64,000 nt of DNA from contig NC_042999.1 of the NCBI RefSeq assembly GCF_006345805.1, positions 10,788,001 to 10,852,000 on the forward strand, given 5' to 3'. The position numbers were made by a program, and so were the translations under genes. How positions within the stretch are numbered: the stretch's first letter is position 1; every line of letters begins with the position of its first letter. Positions 24,263 to 36,346 of the stretch are shown here, in pieces. The stretch comes from Octopus sinensis. Taxonomy: Eukaryota. The notes beneath the pieces were generated by a model. That model was not told the DNA's origin and did not search any database. It saw only the letters and a program-made list of their open reading frames with translations.

Positions 24263-24661
24263 TTTCTTATATTTAGAAATGGTAGATTTTTTGGCCAATT
24301 AGTGCATGCCGTCAATTGGTAAAAACAGGACCAACCCCAAGTATAACAATATAATATGTTATTTTATAAGTTACATAAACATATAAAGATAAAGCTGTTT
24401 ACATTTTCATTAACGTATTCCTCTCTAATCAAACAGAAAAACTGGGCTGGGCTATGACAGCCCTGGGCTGTAGGACATAGCTTTCTATGGTGTTCACTTC
24501 ATAACTTACAGATGCCAAATCCATCATTCTTTGCCTGCTAAAAGCTGGCATTCTTATATTGCAAACAGCAAATAATCAATTTGTTGGTGTCTACAAAGCT
24601 TTATCAAGCTGGTTTCTATGACCTATTATCCTTATCCATTTGTCTAAATGTACTAAATTTT

Positions 24662-24992
24662 AACAATTGCAGCGTGGAAGGTGTTTGTAAGCCATTTAAG
24701 AAACACACAGAAGCCGTTCGATTCACTTCAACATTTAAGTTTAATTTGTCAAAATATTTTCGTCGCTAAAATCCGCAGACAAAAATCCGTGCTGCACGGA
24801 TTTTTGTCAGTGAACAGGTCGCGGATTTTAGCGACGAAAATATTTTGACAAATTAAACTTAAATGTTGAAGTGAATCGAACGGCTTCTGTGTGTTTCTTA
24901 AATGGCTTACAAACACCTTCCACGCTGCAATTGTTTTCGTTCCAGCACACGATCTCAGATCAAATCACTTGCTATGTGAGTACACCTCCGTA
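24662..24992. mobile_element. Inverted dimer of a ~200-nt hammerhead-bearing repeat (Penelope pLTR/retrozyme-like)
   Basis: Arms 24662-24792 and 24794-24935 are reverse complements except for an 11-nt deletion in the left arm; the right arm continues to ...gtacacctccgtaa (24992); homologous to 54932-55256. Confidence 0.85.
24803..24852 (+). ncRNA. Putative minimal type-I hammerhead ribozyme, G3:C8 core variant
   Basis: Stem I TTTGTCA/TGACAAA; core GTGAACA; extra G; stem II GTCGC/GCGAC; GAAA; palindromic AATATT stem III; triplet UUU; predicted cut after 24845. Confidence 0.65.
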
Positions 24993-25024
24993 AAAACTAA
25001 ATTTTAACATTCATAAATTCCAAT

Positions 25025-25232
25025 TTAACACATGTTACCATATTTTTTTTTATATTCACTGTCTTTTGTTCCAGTTAATTTTTAAAATATTGAAGAATTT
25101 AATAAAATCATTTTTTCATCATTAAACTCATATTTGGAAATTTAATATGAAATTTTGCTGGAAGGTTTTAATTTAGATGGCTTTCAAACAGAAACTTTGT
25201 ATTCTTCCAGTGGTGGTATCAGGAGGGTTAGT
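25025..25232 (+). mobile_element. piggyBac-like MITE family 1, decayed
   Basis: ttaacacatgttacc ... ggtatcaggagggtta; gaaattttgctggaaggttttaatttagat. Confidence 0.6.
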
Positions 25233-26019
25233 ACCAACAAAGTTAATTAGCTGACAAATTAATTGGAGAAATGGACTATAAGGAAAACTACTTTCTCTGA
25301 AATTTTTGAAACTATAAACAATGTTAGAAACATCATATTTTTTTAAGGGAACCATATTCTACAAACACTACTTCAACACCTAGAATGTGAAAACATGCAG
25401 ATGGGAGATTGTGGGTGGAGCAGGAGTATCCTATCTATAATGGGAAATCTGTTTCAACAACTCCAAGTGAGAACAAAAGCAAAATACTTTAATCATTTAC
25501 CAGAGACAAGATAAGAGTAATACAAAACCAGAGATTAGACACAGCTAAACATGAACCTTGCAAATAGTTTGGAAATATATCAAGTATCAAAGAGAAAACA
25601 GACATAATAATAAGAAAAAACATGAAAAACCCAGCAAAACAGAAATGGAACCAAATGAAAGTTTAATTGTAAAAATCGAATAAAGTTCAATTTGATTTCA
25701 ACAATGTTAATGATAAGCTGGTTACTTTAAATGCATTGAAATTAAAATATATACTCGTTGGGATTAAGAAATGGGCATGAGATGAAAATGGAAGAGAGAG
25801 AAAGATATCTATTTAGGAAAGTCTTGTTACCAATGTAATTCATCCTCCGATTACGGGATGAGTCAGCGTTTGATGTGCTTGCAAGGAGATATCTACAACA
25901 GAGATTTGTTGTCCGCCCAAAAGAACTTATTTATATGGAAGCAGTTACAGATATTCTCAACAAGCAAATTTAGCACACAGCTATATTCAGAAAATTACTT
26001 ATAGATTGGAGGCAGAAAG

Positions 26020-26022
<3 letters not shown>

Positions 26023-26060
<38 letters not shown>
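26023..26060. repeat. (CT)n(CA)n microsatellite; (GA)n also at ~26500-26535 and (TA)n at 26923-26957
   Basis: Direct reading. Confidence 0.9.
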
Positions 26061-26062
<2 letters not shown>

Positions 26063-26497
26063 GTACAAACACAGTTTAAGATAAAAAGGTAAAAATGTTA
26101 TGTTAGAGGGAGTGGTAATGTGTGTGTGTGTTTTATGCATACATGCACACACATACATTCTCTCTTCCCCTCAGACGATGATCACTAAACACAGATAATA
26201 AGCACTAAAATGATTTATTTTACTATCATATCAAACAGCATTCTTATCTTGGTACTTTTATACCTCTATCAGCTCAGGATCATGCACTATTTTGACATAA
26301 ATTCACAGTGATATTACTGTGCTTTATACATAAACATATATGCACATTCATTGATTTCACTGGACAAGGGAAACAGTACTCAATACAGAGGTATATTCAA
26401 TTTATTCAGCTGATGTTATTTGTGAGCATTTCCCCAAACACAAGATCTAGATAGAGAAAATTCAATAGAATGGCACCAACCAAATAAATATTGTGTG

Positions 26498-26540
<43 letters not shown>

Positions 26541-26599
26541 GGGTGGTATCCATTAGTTTCGTGAGGCTATAGAACTGCACCTGGAAGAGGCTTGCTTTG

Positions 26600-26910
26600 G
26601 TCTTCTCAGCAGAACATCACCTGTAGTGATTGTAGAGACTCACACCTAAGTGTCAGACCCCAATTGCAGTAAAGTGCTACCTGCCAGTCTTGTCCTGGTG
26701 CAGCTTTTTCATCAAATTTACTTTTCTTCATCAGCAGTTCTCAACCTCTTCTCTCTTGAACTTTTCTCTAATTCCAATCTCCAGGAGGAGCAATTATCAA
26801 CAATGACCTCCCTTTTAACGTTTATGTAAAGAGATTTCATGTCTTTCTTGCAAACAACTTTGAAATGAAGATGGGGTTGTCCTTGTGTTTGCTTAATGAA
26901 GGCTAGTTCA
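26600..26910 (-). mobile_element. RTE/BovB-like LINE ORF C-terminal relic
   Basis: GQPHLHFKVVCKKDMKSLYINV..DNCSSWRLELEK resembles the RTE GRP.LRFKDVCKRDMK..DR..WR motif. Confidence 0.7.
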
Positions 26911-26920
26911 CCACAGCATA

Positions 26921-26959
<39 letters not shown>

Positions 26960-27184
26960 AGCACACAAGTAATTTGGCTGATGACATATATACGTATACA
27001 CATACACACATACAAGGGTGAACCAATAAATACATGTAATATGCTTAAGAGATTTTTTCCTACTGTTGAGCAAGTTAGTTGGATGTGTATCACTAGACAT
27101 GCCCTCTCTTTCTCTTTCTAATCGCAAAGATGCAGGCTTGAATTTCAAACTACAATTGCTATTGTTAGTTTTACAAAGCCTGTC

Positions 27185-27623
27185 TCACTTCCTGTTTGGT
27201 CCAAAGGCGAGGGACACCGCGTGGCTCATTTTCTGTAAGCTGAAGGTGTAACTGGGGCCAAATAGACAGCTCATAGTGGCAAAACACTGTTTCTCATATT
27301 GTATGAGAAATAGGGTTTTGCCCCTGTGACCTGTCGACAAATGGACTGAACCTTTTTTAAATAGTTGCTCTAGCAGCAGATGTTCGTTAAGAAGGAGCTG
27401 GATGCTGGCCACATCCTGAACTGTTAAACTGAGTCCGTGGCAAGCTTCTTTCTGTTGAACAGATCAGTGACTATAGATGGAGCTACAATACCATGCAAAT
27501 TAATTCTGATTCAACCAATGAAGTCATCCAAAACAGACTTGGCTTCAATTACAGTTTATGCAAAATGGATCCCAAAACAGCTCACAGAATTGCACAAAGA
27601 AAATCGGTGAAATCTGCCAATGA
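27185..27623 (+). mobile_element. mariner transposase relic (N-terminal HTH to WVPxxL)
   Basis: R..HFL*AEGVTGA, EVIQNRLGF, and AKWIPKQLTELHKENR across frameshifts. Confidence 0.75.
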
Positions 27624-28319
27624 CTTTTGAATCATTATGGAATAAAGATAAGATCTTGGAAAAAAGTCATCTCTGCTGATGACTTTTTTTCTGCATTGCA
27701 GATAATTAATGACTCACCATCGTGTGTGCATGGGTGTATGTGCATACATGTGCATACATGCACAAATAAAACACAGTTGTGTGTGTGTGTGTGTGTGTGC
27801 ACGTGCCTGCATGTTTAGGATTCAAGAGATAAGGATCACAGCATTGTAATAAAAATTATAGACACATATTCAAAACAGCTTTGCAGAGTTGAAATAAATT
27901 TCCTGATAAAGGATAGCAGAATAATTAAAGAACAGGCTTATTTGGAACTCAGTTGCAAGAAGTAACAACAGCCACCCAACCCATCATAAGGGAATTTCAA
28001 TACACAGAAATTCCACTTCTTTCAAAATGAGGCAGAGACCAAAACCAAAAAAAAAAATCAATAAAATATAAGCTAAAGCACCATATACTTTGATAAAGCA
28101 GTAGAATGTGAGGCAACTTATGGGGTTCAGTGGTAGTCAAAAAATGAAACTAATTAAAATGGTGGAATATATTTTATGTTGTGAACAAAATGAGGATATC
28201 TAATATTTTGGAGAGAACTGTTTGGACGAGAGAGAAAGAAATGTTGACTGGGGTTATATCAGGTTGACAAAGAATGGATCTCAATACAAGTGTTGTTAAC
28301 AACAACAGCAACAATTGTT

Positions 28320-28530
28320 CCTAATTTAGGCATAAAGACAGCAGTTTTGAAGGGGAGCAGGGTTAGACGATTCCACCCCCAGAATACCTGACTGGTACTA
28401 TATTTCCATTGACCACTAAGGGATGAAAAACAAAGTCAAACTCAGCTGGGATGTGATTTGGACTCCGAATATGAAGAACCAGAACAGATGCCACCAAGTA
28501 TTTTGTCCAACAGAAACAATTCTACTAAAA
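28320..28530 (-). mobile_element. Decayed SINE (family of 45342)
   Basis: aaatttaggcataaagacagcagttttgaagggg...ctggtactatattt...caaagtcaaactcagc. Confidence 0.55.
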
Positions 28531-28879
28531 GCAGAAACTAGACATCTGGTGGGAGTGGGAGGGGGGATCACTTCATTAACAACACAAAACTGATCCCAGA
28601 AGAATTGGAACTAAGAATGTCAAAGAGACATGACTACATGTCAATATGTACCTTATAGTCATGTATTTTTGTGTGTTATGCAAACTGCCAAATTTAGCCG
28701 AAACACCCTACAGAGGACAGAGAATGTAAAATAGATTGGAGCAGTTTTGTACATTGACTATTAGCAAAATAAACTACCTAATGTTTCGGTATTGTACAAT
28801 CTATGACCTACTTTGAATTCCTTAATAGTCAAATTGTTAACTTCTAGTACTCTGAAATATATAAAGCTCATACGTTGCC

Positions 28880-29235
28880 ATGTCACTGCTATCAACATCA
28901 TTCTTTTAACATCCACTTATCTATGCTTCCAAAGGGTAAGATGGAATTAGATGGAGTAGATTGTGTATGGTCTGGTGTCCTGCTTCTTTCCAAGCAAAAT
29001 AATATTTCTCCATGCCGAGACATATTTCATAGAAGATCGGTAAAAATAAAAAGGGCATTTATTTACAACCATCACGGTGTCAAAGACTTACATGTTATAT
29101 ATAACAAGAGAGAGCGAGAGAGAGATTAAACAGAGAGATACAACAGACTCCTTTCAGTTTCTGCCCAACAAAATCCACTTACAAGGAGGTTTTGATCGAC
29201 CCAGGGCTAAAGTAGAAGATACTCATGCAATGTAG
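28880..29235 (-). mobile_element. Decayed tRNA-SINE with RTE-like tail
   Basis: ttttaacatccacttatctatgct...aatatttctccatg...ctttcagtttctgcccaacaaaatccacttacaagg...gtgggactgaac. Confidence 0.65.
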
Positions 29236-30704
29236 CATAAAGTGGGACTGAACAGTCAATATGAAAACTAATTCAAGCAGGTGTTGATTTGCTAACAAAA
29301 TAAAGTAATATGGTATGAAGTAACTTGTGAATGAATAGATTCTATATAAAAAAATTTTTAAATCCCCTACGGGTATTAGATCTATGGTTTTAATAACAAA
29401 CTATGTGGGAAAAATTTGAAATATTTTACAGCTCTAAATTTTATGATTCTTTATAGTTTGGCATTATTTGATATACGTTGCTGCAATAATGAACTAGGAC
29501 AGTTAATAATTGGGAATAAAGTGTTGAACAATCCCCAAAAGACATTTAGAAATGGTTTGAAATAAGTATAAATCAATAGTTTTGGTTTATATACATTGTA
29601 TACACACACACACTAAAAGTATTGATTTATATTGATGTTCCATTTGGAAACAAAATACAAGATTGAAATAATCATATTCAAAACAGAGCAGATAAAATTT
29701 AATTTGCAACTACCTCGTTTGTTATAAGCAGTTCCATATTGAAATTCCACAAAATAAATCAATTTAACCTTTCATAATTTTAGTGTTGATTAAAGAATCA
29801 ACCTTTTCTATATTTAGCATTCAAATTTTAACCAAAAAAGAAACAACCCATTAAATATTTAGCCTTCCTTATACTGTCTTTTAGATACTGCTAAAAAGGG
29901 TGTACACTATTTCTGATAGAGATTTAAGATACAAAACCCTTAATTACAAAAGCACATAGTATATTTAATTACATATCACAATTTGCTTGTTTCACCTTAA
30001 ATTTTGAAATCTAAATCACACAGATGTCAAAAAGAGAACGAAATAACATCAGCAAAATGTTGACTTTCGTTCAGATATGAAATGCCAGGAAGATGTAGGA
30101 AAGAGATGTAAACAAATATGAATTGAATGTAATATATAGCTTATGGCAAGAAGAAGAAGAAGAAGAAGAAGACGAAGCAGGTGATAGACAAAGAATTTCA
30201 TAGGTTGTTAACATTATATAGTACTCCTCCTACAGAGACTGTATTATGTATTTTTGCAGATTACTTTGGCACTGAAGAGAATCTGAGCTGGTACTGAAGA
30301 ATTATTTGCAGCAAGTATACATTTCATGCACTCCACTATTTCATGTACACTTACTACCATAACTACTGCTACACATTTCAGACATCAATAAGTTACCAGA
30401 TGCCAGTCAAAAGCAACGATTATATAGCCATGAAATGACACCTCAAATTTCCTAGCATTTTCATAAACCAAAACATTAATACGAAAGAAGAAACGAAAGC
30501 TCTCAAATACAGTGAACTTTAAAAAGTACACAAATCTAATATTTGAAAAAAAAATTTTTTTCTTGGTTTGTTCCAGAGAAAGAGGCCATGTTCATTACTT
30601 CATAGGGTCCCAAGAGCAGTGAGTCTGATGTTCTTAAACAACGGTGTACATGCTCATTCTTAATACATTCCAGCAAACTAAAATGTAAATATATTAATTA
30701 CTAA

Positions 30705-30975
30705 TGTATTTCATCTTTGACAACTCCTTTCTGATGATGTGTGTTCACAACTTGATTCTTTGCAGTAAGGAGCCTCTCAAAGGAGCCTCAATATTTCAAC
30801 CCCTGATTGTGTCTCTTCAGTCAAAGCTAGCCTATCTGCGATCAATGATTTAAACAAGAATTGTGGCTTTTCTTTATAGAATTCAGCAAATAAACTATTT
30901 GCTGGTACACGCTGCTGTGTGCTAATTCAATGATAATTCATCATATGCATGGAGAACAACAAGAATGAAAACAAT
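30705..30975 (-). repeat. Unclassified old dispersed repeat
   Basis: Reverse complement aligns with 41570-41850 (gaattctat, ttcttgttt, gctttgactgaagagacacaa, caaagatgaaa). Confidence 0.75.
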
Positions 30976-31359
30976 GTGTGGTAAGTAGCTTGCTTACTAA
31001 TCACATGGTTCCGGGTTCAGTCCCACTGTGTGGCACCTTGGGCAAGTGTCTTCTACTATAGCCTCGGGCCGACCAAAGCCTTGTGAATGGATTTGGTAGA
31101 TGGAAACTGAAAGAAGCCCGTCATATATATGTATATATATATGTGTATGTATGTGTGTCTGTGTTTGTCCCCCTAGCATTGCTTGACAACCGATGCTGGT
31201 GTGTTTACGTCTCCGTCACTTAGCAGTTCGGCAAAAGAGACCGATAGAATAAGTACTAGGCTTACAAAGAATAAGTCCCGGGGTCGAGTTGCTCGACTAA
31301 AGGCGGTGCTCCAGCATGGCCGCAGTCAAATGACTGAAACAAGTGAAAGAGTAAAAGAG
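30976..31359 (+). mobile_element. Full-length tRNA-SINE
   Basis: gtggtaagtagcttgcttac...gggttcagtccc...ggcaccttgggcaagtgtcttc...gtcaaatgactgaaacaagtgaaagagtaaaagag. Confidence 0.92.
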
Positions 31360-31419
31360 ATTCATTCTTGATCCATTCCAGCAGATTCATCCATAAACAT
31401 GCTAATCACTGTTGTATTT

Positions 31420-31790
31420 CATCTTTGGAGTGCAATTCCCATTCAGACAAAGTGTGTTCACAGCATAATTTGCTTAAGGGACTTTGAGACACCAGTGTTT
31501 TGAATGGCTGTATCTCTTCCATCAAAGTTACCCCAGGATCAATAAATGTAAACAAGAATTGTGGCTCTTGTTTATAGAATTCAGCTAACATATTATTTGC
31601 AGCTGCATGCTCAGGTCTACCAAACTGACAATTAATTAAGTATGATGTAAACACACATCATTTAAAGGGAGACATTATTAACCACAGACAAATCACACCA
31701 GCAATTAGCATATTCATGTTTCAATCTGCCAGAAAATATTTAGAACAAATGCATACATCATTATTTTGATTTTCACTGTTCTCAATGTAT
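31420..31790 (-). repeat. Unclassified old dispersed repeat (second adjacent copy, with a piece in opposite orientation at 31700-31790)
   Basis: aacaagaattgtggctcttgtttatagaattcagc nearly matches 30853-30890; cattattttgattttcactgttctc matches 41573. Confidence 0.7.
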
Positions 31791-33142
31791 GCAACAATAT
31801 ACGAAATGTAACTTCAAGTTTATCTTAAACAGATGCAAGTAGACAGCTGCAGGAGAACCATGGACAGACAAGGATTCCTGAGAGACACCATTCCAGGGAG
31901 GAAATAGTAGGAACGGTGGTTAGTACAAAGCCAGAGGTGAAAGTGTGGTTGGCACAATACAGAGAGGACAAACGGGGGAGAAATAAATGTGTGAAGAGTG
32001 CCTGAGTTTGGGTGCCATAAGAGAGGTGATTATAGAACAAAGAGAAAAGCTAGATGAGTCAGCACATTTGTGGTCGAGAGATAGGATGCATTGATGACTG
32101 TCTTCATGTCAATCAGTGTGGTGATGCCCTACACGTTTTGTTTAGTACAGCCTAGGACTCTGCATGCGTGTAACAGCAGCATTGTTCATCTGTGGAACAG
32201 TATTCCACAGAGGATCTCACCAGAGATTTATAGTTTTAGTAGTTATGGGTGCTAAAGAATATTCTTAACACAATGCATACTTAAATTTAACCTATAAGCC
32301 ATTACAAATGCCATCAACTGAGAAGGGCCATCCACAAAATCCAAATAATAGGAAATAAAATGACTGCAGCACTTATTCCAATATTAAGACTCATTTAAGG
32401 TATCAAGTATATGTTTGTGTTAATGGAAGTCCTACAAAATGGCTGTTAATCCTTCTCTTTCGCATAAACAAAACATTAACTGTTCTACTCTTACTGACCT
32501 TCCTGCTCTTCCTTTACAGAAATGCTACACCATATAGCACAAAGGGTATTTCCCTTCTCAAATTAACAAATACACCAATATTTCAAAGGGTGGGGACTTT
32601 ATATTCTAGTTATAGATTTTGACATTTATTAATCAAGATTTAAAAAAAAAATATTTTTTTAATGCTCAAACAAAAATGTTGATATCAATTGTGCAACATT
32701 TATTACAAAACTAGAACTGCTTGATCTATCTTTACTAGAATTTAGGTGTGAAAAGCTTATCTTATTCATGATAATCTGTTCCATCTTTGTAAAGACAAAA
32801 AGAAAGAAAACTGCAATTTTATGTATCCTTATCTACACCAAAACTCCAGACTGCTCCCCTGAGCAGTTACATACTCTGACAATTACAAACCTGTTTTGTT
32901 TATAAATAGACAGTCGTTCTACACACGTCTTCCACCAATACCAATATTTAAGTGTTACAAGACACTCACATTCCAGAGAAGTCACAGGGTGAAAGAAGAC
33001 AGAACAGCTTCCCAATCTGGGCCAGTTGAAACTTGAACAAAAAACAGAAATGACGAGAGTGTCTTCAGATACAAACATAAGTCTCCAAGAACAGAACAAT
33101 GAAAACCCACCCACACTGAAATACCAGCCCCCACCCCTTTAT

Positions 33143-33330
33143 TCATCATCATCATCGTTTACATCCGTTCTCCATGCTGGCATGGGTTGGACGGTTCGAC
33201 CGGGGTCTGGGAAGCCAGATGGCTGCACCAGGCTCCAGTCTGATCTGGCAGAGTTTCTACAGCTGGATGCCCTTCCTAACGCCAACCACTCCGTGCTTTT
33301 TACGTACCACCGTCAAGGAAGCCATGTTCG
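33143..33330 (-). mobile_element. RTE LINE 3' fragment
   Basis: (cat)n cgtttacatccgttctccatgctggcatgggttggacgg...ggatgcccttcctaacgccaaccactcc. Confidence 0.88.
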
Positions 33331-33404
33331 GATCACCAAGCAGGATAACTTTCTATTTACTTTCTATTTTCTTTAAACCTAAGTCCATTATAAGTCCTGA
33401 GGCT

Positions 33405-33640
33405 CATAAGGGCCAGAAATCAACCCAGTTGCCATGGCATATAAGTGACTGAGATCACAACACTTCTGGCCCCTGGATGGAACACCAGTCTGTCACAGAC
33501 GTAACTTCCCAGCTATTGTGGAACTCATTTACAGCTGAGTGAACTGAACAAATATAAAACGAAGAGTTTTACTCAAAAACACAGCAAACCACTTGTTCTG
33601 GGAATCTGGGATCTTACAGCCAGGGGTGTGATATCCAAAC
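33405..33640 (-). mobile_element. Decayed SINE with Meta/V-like core
   Basis: ctcatttacagctgagtgaactgaaca...gagttttactcaaaaacacagc, as in 11200-11260. Confidence 0.5.
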
Positions 33641-33879
33641 TACTGGGCCAAAGGTATCAACCGTTTTTTCGTCAAAGAGATGGAAATAAGATAAAATATG
33701 AAAGAACAAAAATGTAAACGGCTAAAATGGGTAGGATTGAAGAATGGAGGAACAAGGAACCATGAACTGAGGAAAACAGAGAGAAAGTGGGGTGGGGGCA
33801 GTAAGCAGCAGGAATAGTAAGGTGGGAGAGTTGCCAATGGGGAGGATTTGAGAAAGATGGCATGGTTGAGTTGCACTTC

Positions 33880-34155
33880 CAGAACTCAGTTTTGCTGTGG
33901 AAGACAAGTGTTTTCGAGAACCATGCATGCATGCACATCACACGATAGGAGTGTCACCATCATACAAGCAGTACCCACTGCTTCTAATCTTCTATGAAAA
34001 CATGTCTGGTCATGGGGAAATATTGCTTTTCTTGGAAACAAGGGAACATTGGCAACAGGAAAGGTATTTGGCCACAGAAAACCTACCTCAATGAGTTCCA
34101 TCTAACTGATGCAAGCATGAAATAGTGAACGATGATGATGATGATGATGATGACT
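33880..34155 (+). mobile_element. SINE/RTE-type tail fragment
   Basis: catgtctggtcatggggaaatattgc...tgatgcaagcatgaaa...(gat)n. Confidence 0.65.
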
Positions 34156-34619
34156 TAATGAGAAGACATGGGAAAAGAAACAGGTTGCAGAGAGAAAGAC
34201 TGAAAGAGTCAGGTTTACAGGTGAATGACAGAAGAGAGTCTTTGAGAAGAAATAGGGGTTACTGAAGGACTGCAAGAATTATTACATTCATAGTATTACC
34301 AACAAGGGTAGTTTAAGACTAAACCAGAAGTGAAGCAGACAATCTTAAAAACTGCAGCCAACCTTCTAAAAGCAGCCGAGAAAAAATTATTATTGCTGGA
34401 ATATATTTTTGTTGGTTTAATTTTATTTCAGGCATATCTTCTTTAAACAAATTACAAATTATAAAAGGAAAAAATAAAAATCAATATTTCTTTGTCTACA
34501 ATTTTAATTACTTCTTTATAGAAATCTGAAGAAATTTTTGAAATGAGACAAAAATGGTATAGAAAAGGTGGTTATTCCGAAACTCTATTTTGTTACAGTT
34601 TATAAAATAACAAGTTTAA

Positions 34620-34840
34620 CCCTTTAGTGTTCGCATTATTCTGCCAAAATTAATCCTTTTTTATCCACATTGCCATGAACTAATCATGGATTATCTTGGT
34701 GCTATGAGATTTTGAAGAGGTAGCTGTTAATTTTTAAAATGATATTGTAGGGTTGGTGTGAGAGACCAGATCTGGCCAGTTTGAACATAAAACAGGCAGA
34801 ATACTTTTGGCCATATATGGCCGGTTTAAATGCTAAAGGG
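34620..34840 (+). mobile_element. piggyBac-like MITE (family 2)
   Basis: TTAA|CCCTTTAG ... CTAAAGGG|TTAA. Confidence 0.85.
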
Positions 34841-34869
34841 TTAACAAAATTATAGTATTGAAATGCTTA

Positions 34870-35205
34870 AGGCATGGCTGTGTGGTTAAGAAGCTAGCTT
34901 CCCAACCATGTGGTGTTGGGTTTAGTTCCACTGTTTAGCAACTGTCTTCTACTAGAACCCCATGTCAACCAAAGCCTCGGAACTGAATTTGGTAAATAGA
35001 AACTGAAAGAAAGTCGTGTGTGTGCATGTGCCTTACTTTTGCTTCAGCATAACAAGATGGTTGTAAATGAACATCCTCATAATCATACAAGTAATGTTAT
35101 TCAATTCTAGTCTTCCACGGAAACCATGTCTAACCATAGAAAATCTGCCTCAATAAATTCTGTCTGACCCATGCAAGCACTGGAAAGTGGATGTTAAATG
35201 ATGAT
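34870..35205 (+). mobile_element. tRNA-SINE head/core with RTE-like tail
   Basis: catggctgtgtggttaagaagctagcttcccaacc...gacccatgcaagcactggaaagtggatgttaaatgatgatg. Confidence 0.8.
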
Positions 35206-35679
35206 GGAATAAGTCTTGTCAGATGGTAGTTAACATTAAATGTAGCCCTCTCACAAACTGTCCCACACTTCTAAACTAAACTATATTTTAAAACATCAAA
35301 AAAAAAAAATAAATAACCTAGAAACTTACAGGGGAAAAAAATCAGTCAAACAAATAACAGATTATTGTTTGGTTTTAGCAAATAGAATAATTTCATTCTT
35401 AATAAACATTTTTTCTTTTGGAAATTTGAAATCTGAATAAATGAACAACCTACAAACTTTACGGATTTTACAAATTCCAACCAACAGATTAAACTTGAAT
35501 GAAAAATGGATCCAGAAAGGCATAACATAGAGTGATTTATTTTTCTTTCTACAAGAGCAAAAGTAAAGAAAAAAATGTCTTGGCTGAACCAGTTCTGGTT
35601 GGACCATAGAAAAAGCTCATGTTAAAACTCCTTTCATGTCATTAGGTTAAATTTCAATTTCTTATTGATTTCAAATTTA

Positions 35680-35800
35680 GGCACGAAGCCATCAAGAGGA
35701 GGGAGCTAGTCAATACAATAAGCCACAGTACTTGGCTAGGGCTTTATTTTATCAACCCTTAAAGGTTAAAAAGCAAAGCTGACTTCAGCAGGAAATGAAT
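35680..35800 (-). mobile_element. SINE fragment (family of 45342)
   Basis: ggcacgaagcc...ttattttatcaacccttaaaggttaaaaagcaaagctgacttcagcagga. Confidence 0.5.
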
Positions 35801-36346
35801 TCACAATGTAACTGTCTGGATTCAATAACAGAAAACACTTCAACTTAGTTAACTGCCCGAAATTTTGATTTTATTTTGAAAAAAAAAATGTAGTCTTGCA
35901 TAATATGCATTATGTAAATATGTACAACACATAGCTATTAGGTCCATACCCAGTTTATATTTAAAAACTATCAGTTTGTCACAGGATTTTATTCATTAAT
36001 AATCTAATGAACTGTTTTGAGGGCTAAAAAAATAAATAAAAATATTCTACTAAATATATTGTGAATAATATGAATCCACAAGTCAGGCATTTAAATCTAT
36101 TTTTATGAAATAATTCACTGATTTCAAATCTGCAGAATATCAAAAACTACAATCTCAATACAGGTGAATGATTTAATTTAAAGAGCAAGTTCAGTAGAAT
36201 CTTGTGTGGAGTTTGGCCGCCCCACTTCCTTATAACCCTCCTCAAAAATATAAGCTACAAAACTAAAATCTCTAAAGCTTTAATTTCATTATTGTTGTAT
36301 TTCAGAATGGTCGTTTCCACCCTCAAAATAAACAAACACACACAAA

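Noticed and set aside
28775-28830. Minus-strand GGT...ACC-GAAAC hammerhead-like end
   Set aside because: No recognisable CUGANGA-type core or stem I.
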